DNA from: an uncultured virus (IMG/VR IMGVR_UViG_3300032116_000135)
Taxonomy: Duplodnaviria > Heunggongvirae > Uroviricota > Caudoviricetes
Length of the DNA stretch: 64,000 nt
Virus record (IMG/VR): IMGVR_UViG_3300032116_000135
Reading direction: 5' to 3' (one strand)
Of this stretch, positions 59,836 through 64,000 are shown piece after piece. Both the position numbers and the translations under genes were made by a program. Position 1 is the stretch's first letter; every line of letters begins with the position of its first letter. The notes under the pieces were generated by a model. The model had not been told where the DNA came from and did no database searches. It saw only the letters and a list, made by a program, of their open reading frames with translations.

Positions 59836-61011
59836 ATGAGAACATTAAACAGACATATTAGAATTTCACCTGAAGTTATAAGTAGTGACTTATTCTTGGT
59901 TAGATTTAATGCTGGTGGGCAAGTAATTCCATCAGAAATCGATCCATGCTGTGAAATCACAACAACAACCACAACAAGTAATTTAACAGGGTTGACTTAT
60001 GTTTATTCATCAATGACACAACTATTGTCAGGTGGGACAAATGGAACATCATTATTAACTGGTTTAACAATCCCAATTTTATTAACTGAAACGGCAACTG
60101 ATATTGGTTACTATTCTGTTTTTGATGGAATGATATTACAACAAGATGTAATGAATAATTTCATATTTACAGGGGATTCTGTATTTCCATATTATACAGT
60201 TATATTGTATAATACCTCAGAGAATGAGTTGAAAAAATACTTAAGTTTCTCAAGTTATGAAATTTCTTGGGGAGATGGACAAACAGAACCAATCTCACCA
60301 TATACTCCTTTACCAATATCACACACATATGGAAGTGACGGAGAATACATAATATCAGTAAAAGGAATGAGTCCTTGGGGATTTAATACAATTAAAAAAA
60401 CTGTGTACATCCCAATTACAGGAGCAACTACCGATAATCCGAATGGTACTGCTTATTTCACACCATTGGGTGGTAGTTGGTCAGGAACGCCAATTATGTA
60501 TGATTATATATTCAGCGGAGATGCAAGTTGTGATGCGACAATTGATGGATTTGATGATTTCTTATCAGGAAGTCCTTTGGTTATTAGTGGATACACAAAA
60601 TCATCATTGAGTGACTTACAAGTTTATGGGCCTAAAAATACTTTAGTAGGTGGTAAATATAGAGTTGGACCCGTTACAGGTTCAAGTGGGGCTGTTGGAG
60701 TATTCTATGGAACTCCATCAAACTCTGATTATACCGCCTATACAATAAATAATATTGATTATTATGATTACCCTGATGATATAACAATTTTCATTGTCAG
60801 TGGGGTATCTTCGGTTGATTATGTGTGTTCGGCAATAACTAAAAATGAAGTGTTATTGAATGTAATTTTTGAGCCTGAAGTACAATCAAATGTGTTTATC
60901 GAAAGGGGTAAAAATTCTGGACTTGAGAGATTGATTAGATTAGGGGAGGTTGATAATATAGGTGACTTAGAAAAGTATGGGTATGGATTTTTCAATATAA
61001 TAAATACGTAA
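59836..61011 (+). CDS. Structural protein with PKD-like domain and CC-poly-Thr motif
   Basis: DPCCEITTTTTTS; YEISWGDG...SHTYGSDGEYIISV. Confidence 0.65.
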   Translation: MRTLNRHIRISPEVISSDLFLVRFNAGGQVIPSEIDPCCEITTTTTTSNLTGLTYVYSSMTQLLSGGTNGTSLLTGLTIPILLTETATDIGYYSVFDGMILQQDVMNNFIFTGDSVFPYYTVILYNTSENELKKYLSFSSYEISWGDGQTEPISPYTPLPISHTYGSDGEYIISVKGMSPWGFNTIKKTVYIPITGATTDNPNGTAYFTPLGGSWSGTPIMYDYIFSGDASCDATIDGFDDFLSGSPLVISGYTKSSLSDLQVYGPKNTLVGGKYRVGPVTGSSGAVGVFYGTPSNSDYTAYTINNIDYYDYPDDITIFIVSGVSSVDYVCSAITKNEVLLNVIFEPEVQSNVFIERGKNSGLERLIRLGEVDNIGDLEKYGYGFFNIINT

Positions 61012-61063
61012 CTTCAATATTTATAAGAAGTAAGAAATATAAACAGATTAAAATTTTAATTAA

Positions 61064-61972
61064 ATGGCGGTAGGTAGCTATGGTACGATTAGACCAGCAG
61101 ACGTTTCACCTGAAGATGTAGAAATAATATTAAATTATACTCCTTCGAGAGATGATACAAATAACTTTGTATTAACCAAATTGGATGCTCAATCAATATT
61201 GAGACCTTATTTTAATAACGATCAAACAGGGGGTAATGCAAATATAGAAATTTTAGGTGGACTTTATAACTTAAAATTACCTGCCGAACAGTTTAACAGA
61301 ATTGGTATATATACCCTTTATATTAGACCTGTACAAATTAGGACAACATTATTGGATTGTGGTGTTTTATCAGCCTTACCAAATGTTAGAGGTGTAATTA
61401 TCGACTTAAATGCGGTACCTGTACAATATAGAAATAAATTTGTTAATCAAGGTTTAGTTGGGTTTAGAATTGAATACTTGAATAGTGATGGAAGTAAAAT
61501 CCCTAACTTTTTTAGAATAATAACTTCTTCATTTTTCTGTGAACCAGTAATTCAAAATCTTACAAATACATCACAAAAAGCTATTAGATACCGATATACT
61601 GATAGTAGTAGTAATTTAATATTCTGTACATTATCGCCATCATCGGCACCAACGAATAAACCGAATGCTATCCCATTTATTGGACAACCAAATCAAAGTG
61701 TGATAATTAGTCATACATTCTTCAATCCTTTAAGTTTGGACATTGAAATTGCGGAACATGACTTCTCAACATTGGCGATTGCTCTATTTGGTAATCAGAC
61801 TAAATCAATTGATGACGGTATCTACACCTTATACGATTCTGATAACAACATTTACAGACAATACAACTTATATGAAATTAGAGATCAGTTTAATGAGTTG
61901 TTGTATGAGGTTAGACAGGATAGAGGGGATAATATTGATTTCAGTAAAAACTTCACAAATATAACTCAATAA
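61064..61972 (+). CDS. Putative structural protein
   Basis: 302 aa, preceded by TATTTAT and coupled to the next gene. Confidence 0.6.
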   Translation: MAVGSYGTIRPADVSPEDVEIILNYTPSRDDTNNFVLTKLDAQSILRPYFNNDQTGGNANIEILGGLYNLKLPAEQFNRIGIYTLYIRPVQIRTTLLDCGVLSALPNVRGVIIDLNAVPVQYRNKFVNQGLVGFRIEYLNSDGSKIPNFFRIITSSFFCEPVIQNLTNTSQKAIRYRYTDSSSNLIFCTLSPSSAPTNKPNAIPFIGQPNQSVIISHTFFNPLSLDIEIAEHDFSTLAIALFGNQTKSIDDGIYTLYDSDNNIYRQYNLYEIRDQFNELLYEVRQDRGDNIDFSKNFTNITQ

Positions 61973-64000
61973 TGGCTAATAAATTTACTTGTCCCCCACA
62001 GGCATCAGGTGCTGGTAGTTTCTCTAACAATTTAGTTGGACTACAACTTGTTGCGGGTGGTGGATTAACTCAAGGTAATTTTGAATTCACACAATCCGCT
62101 AGTGAAAAGGTAAATAGAACCTTTACCACAGGAACATTCTCAAACCCAATAAATTTAGAATCTTTGGGTTTAGATGGTGTTAATCAATCAAGATTAGTGG
62201 TTGAAAATAATTTTAAAGTTTATCCAAATTATGATTTAGCACAAATAAGTAACTTTGTTTTATATGGTTCAATGGTAAAACGAATGTCTGCTGCTGTAAC
62301 AACCATCATTAGTTATTTTCCTGGTGCAATTGAATCAACGTTTTTGGGTTTAAATTATTTAACAGGTGAAACTGCGTCTAATATAGCATATAATCAAGTT
62401 ACAAATGTAACCTCATTTGATTTAGATTTAGGTAGAATTAGAAATCCATTCGGAATAGATTTTACTGTTAACTCAACAAGAAACTTAGAATTAAGAGAAA
62501 TTCAAGTCTCAACTTTGAGAAATATGTCAATTCAATATGCTAACTATTCATTATATCTTAATGGTAATGGTTATCAAGTAGTTGGAATTGTGCCCACAAC
62601 ATCATTGACTGATGGAACACTCAACTTAACTGTTCAGGGTAATCCATTTTCAGGACAATCAACAACATTTGATGACTTGGTTATTCGACCTAATGATACA
62701 CAAGTTAACAAAGTTTTTAATGAAAATTTAGATGAAGTAGAGAATTTCCTATTAAATAGAAATATAACACCAAAATATACTGCAACATTTCAGATACCAA
62801 GAGAATCTGAAGATGGAACATTCTATATTGAAAATTCTCAATTAACTTGGACATTATATGGGAAATGGAATCTTGATATTATAACTGCAGCTTTCACTAA
62901 TTATTTAACTCAATTAAATGATATAAGTGAACTGTATGATGAGTTTAGAACAAACTTAGTCTCAAGGTTTTTAACTACTGGAGCGTTTAAAGAATTCGAT
63001 ACTGATGGACAAAAAGTAGAGAAAATTTTACAAATTTATGGTAGAAGTTTTGATGAAATAAATAAATACATCACCTCATTGTCATTTATGACTTCAGTAA
63101 ACTATACTGTAGGTAATGATATTCCAAGTCAACTTCTTAAGAATTTAGCTCAAACATTGGGTTGGAAGACAAACATCTCACCAATAACCAATGATGAATT
63201 TCTTGCTTCAGTATTCGGACAATCAAATCAACAAAAATCGAATTTTACTGGTTTAGCGGTTTCACAAACCCCTGATGAATTAAATTATCAATTCTATAGA
63301 AACATAATTTTAAATTCAGCGTACCTTTTCAAGTCAAAGGGAACTAGAAAATCAATTGAAATCCTTTTGAAACTTATAGGGGCACCAGATGCTTTGGTTG
63401 AATTTAATGAATTTATTTATTTGGCTGATCAAAAAATCAACATGAATAAATTCAATACTGAATTTGCAAGTATTTCAGGAGGAACATATGTGCAACAACT
63501 TCCTGTTTTAGAACCCGGAAATACGTTTTCTATTTTTGGGGTTGAATATACTGGATTTACAACTGAGGCAATAATCCAAGATGTAAACATATCAATAAAT
63601 GAATTCCCAATTGATAATTTGGGTTATCCCGCTTCTCCAATAGATTCTGAGGATTTTTATTTCCAAATTGGTAGTGGTTGGTTTGAACAAACTCCACAAC
63701 ATAGATCACCAGAACAAGTTGATTTAACTTTAAGTGTGTTTACAGGAAACAATCCAAATTTCCAAACATCATTATTACCTTTTTCATATGGACAGGAATA
63801 TCTTAATAGATTTAGGAGATTCCCATTCATGAATTTGGGATATAAATTATCGCCATCTGTTGATAACAATAAGAGTTGGTATGACGATGAAATAAATCTA
63901 AGATTAAATTTGGATGGTAACATCAATGCTAGATATTTTGTTGCTGATGATAAATTAGTTTTAAATGTTAAAAACACTGAAATATTCCTTAATCCTGCTC
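61972..64000 (+). CDS. Baseplate wedge protein, gp7/P2 gpI-like (runs off the window; not in ORF track)
   Basis: ATG at 61972 (TAATG coupling), MANKFTCPPQ...; contains IYGRSFDEI...IPSQLLKNLAQTLGW...AYLFKSKGTRKSIEILL. Confidence 0.7.
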   Translation, partial: MANKFTCPPQASGAGSFSNNLVGLQLVAGGGLTQGNFEFTQSASEKVNRTFTTGTFSNPINLESLGLDGVNQSRLVVENNFKVYPNYDLAQISNFVLYGSMVKRMSAAVTTIISYFPGAIESTFLGLNYLTGETASNIAYNQVTNVTSFDLDLGRIRNPFGIDFTVNSTRNLELREIQVSTLRNMSIQYANYSLYLNGNGYQVVGIVPTTSLTDGTLNLTVQGNPFSGQSTTFDDLVIRPNDTQVNKVFNENLDEVENFLLNRNITPKYTATFQIPRESEDGTFYIENSQLTWTLYGKWNLDIITAAFTNYLTQLNDISELYDEFRTNLVSRFLTTGAFKEFDTDGQKVEKILQIYGRSFDEINKYITSLSFMTSVNYTVGNDIPSQLLKNLAQTLGWKTNISPITNDEFLASVFGQSNQQKSNFTGLAVSQTPDELNYQFYRNIILNSAYLFKSKGTRKSIEILLKLIGAPDALVEFNEFIYLADQKINMNKFNTEFASISGGTYVQQLPVLEPGNTFSIFGVEYTGFTTEAIIQDVNISINEFPIDNLGYPASPIDSEDFYFQIGSGWFEQTPQHRSPEQVDLTLSVFTGNNPNFQTSLLPFSYGQEYLNRFRRFPFMNLGYKLSPSVDNNKSWYDDEINLRLNLDGNINARYFVADDKLVLNVKNTEIFLNPA

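Noticed and set aside
367..63977. Short overlapping or antisense ORFs in the track (e.g. 7153-7500, 24125-24451, 38693-38914, 50240-50572, 63657-63977)
   Set aside because: They are shadows of long well-supported genes, with no recognisable motifs or initiation signals.
1..64000. Alternative genetic code (stop-codon reassignment)
   Set aside because: Code 11 gives full-length, densely packed genes, and TAA, TAG and TGA all end genes at sensible positions.
1..64000. CRISPR array, tRNA or rRNA genes
   Set aside because: Intergenic gaps are short (mostly under 120 nt) and I saw no repeat-spacer periodicity or cloverleaf sequence; tRNAscan was not run.

Overview
AT-rich (roughly 70% by eye), gene-dense 64 kb segment of a large or jumbo contractile-tailed dsDNA phage, read with standard genetic code 11. 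It carries a T4-like morphogenesis set: neck, tail terminator, sheath, tube, tail assembly chaperone, tape measure, tube-initiator-like and hub proteins, LysM/gp53, gp25, gp6 and gp7-like wedge proteins. These are interleaved with replication genes (family B DNA polymerase, gp32-like SSB, UvsX/RecA, RNase H/5' nuclease, gp41-like helicase, SNF2 ATPase, class Ia RNR, DNA adenine methyltransferase), a Mn-type SOD fusion, a HAD protein and a free-standing endonuclease. A-rich leaders without Shine-Dalgarno sites, TAnnTTTG boxes and the RNR type point to a Bacteroidota host (inference). The most notable candidate system is a phage-encoded mucin-type protein O-glycosylation pathway: a GT60 polypeptide GlcNAc-transferase-like gene, a GT25 gene and an HtrL/GT-A fusion gene sit between genes for Thr/Pro-rich proteins, and Cys-flanked poly-Thr tracts plus a recurrent [S/T]-G-x-T motif occur in many virion proteins. 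Other observations are a candidate +1 frameshift in the tail chaperone, a sense-strand TATTTAT motif in most intergenic gaps, an OmpA-like domain inserted in a baseplate protein, and a small RHH gene with an operator-like repeat. All family assignments come from motif recognition by eye; no database searches were run.
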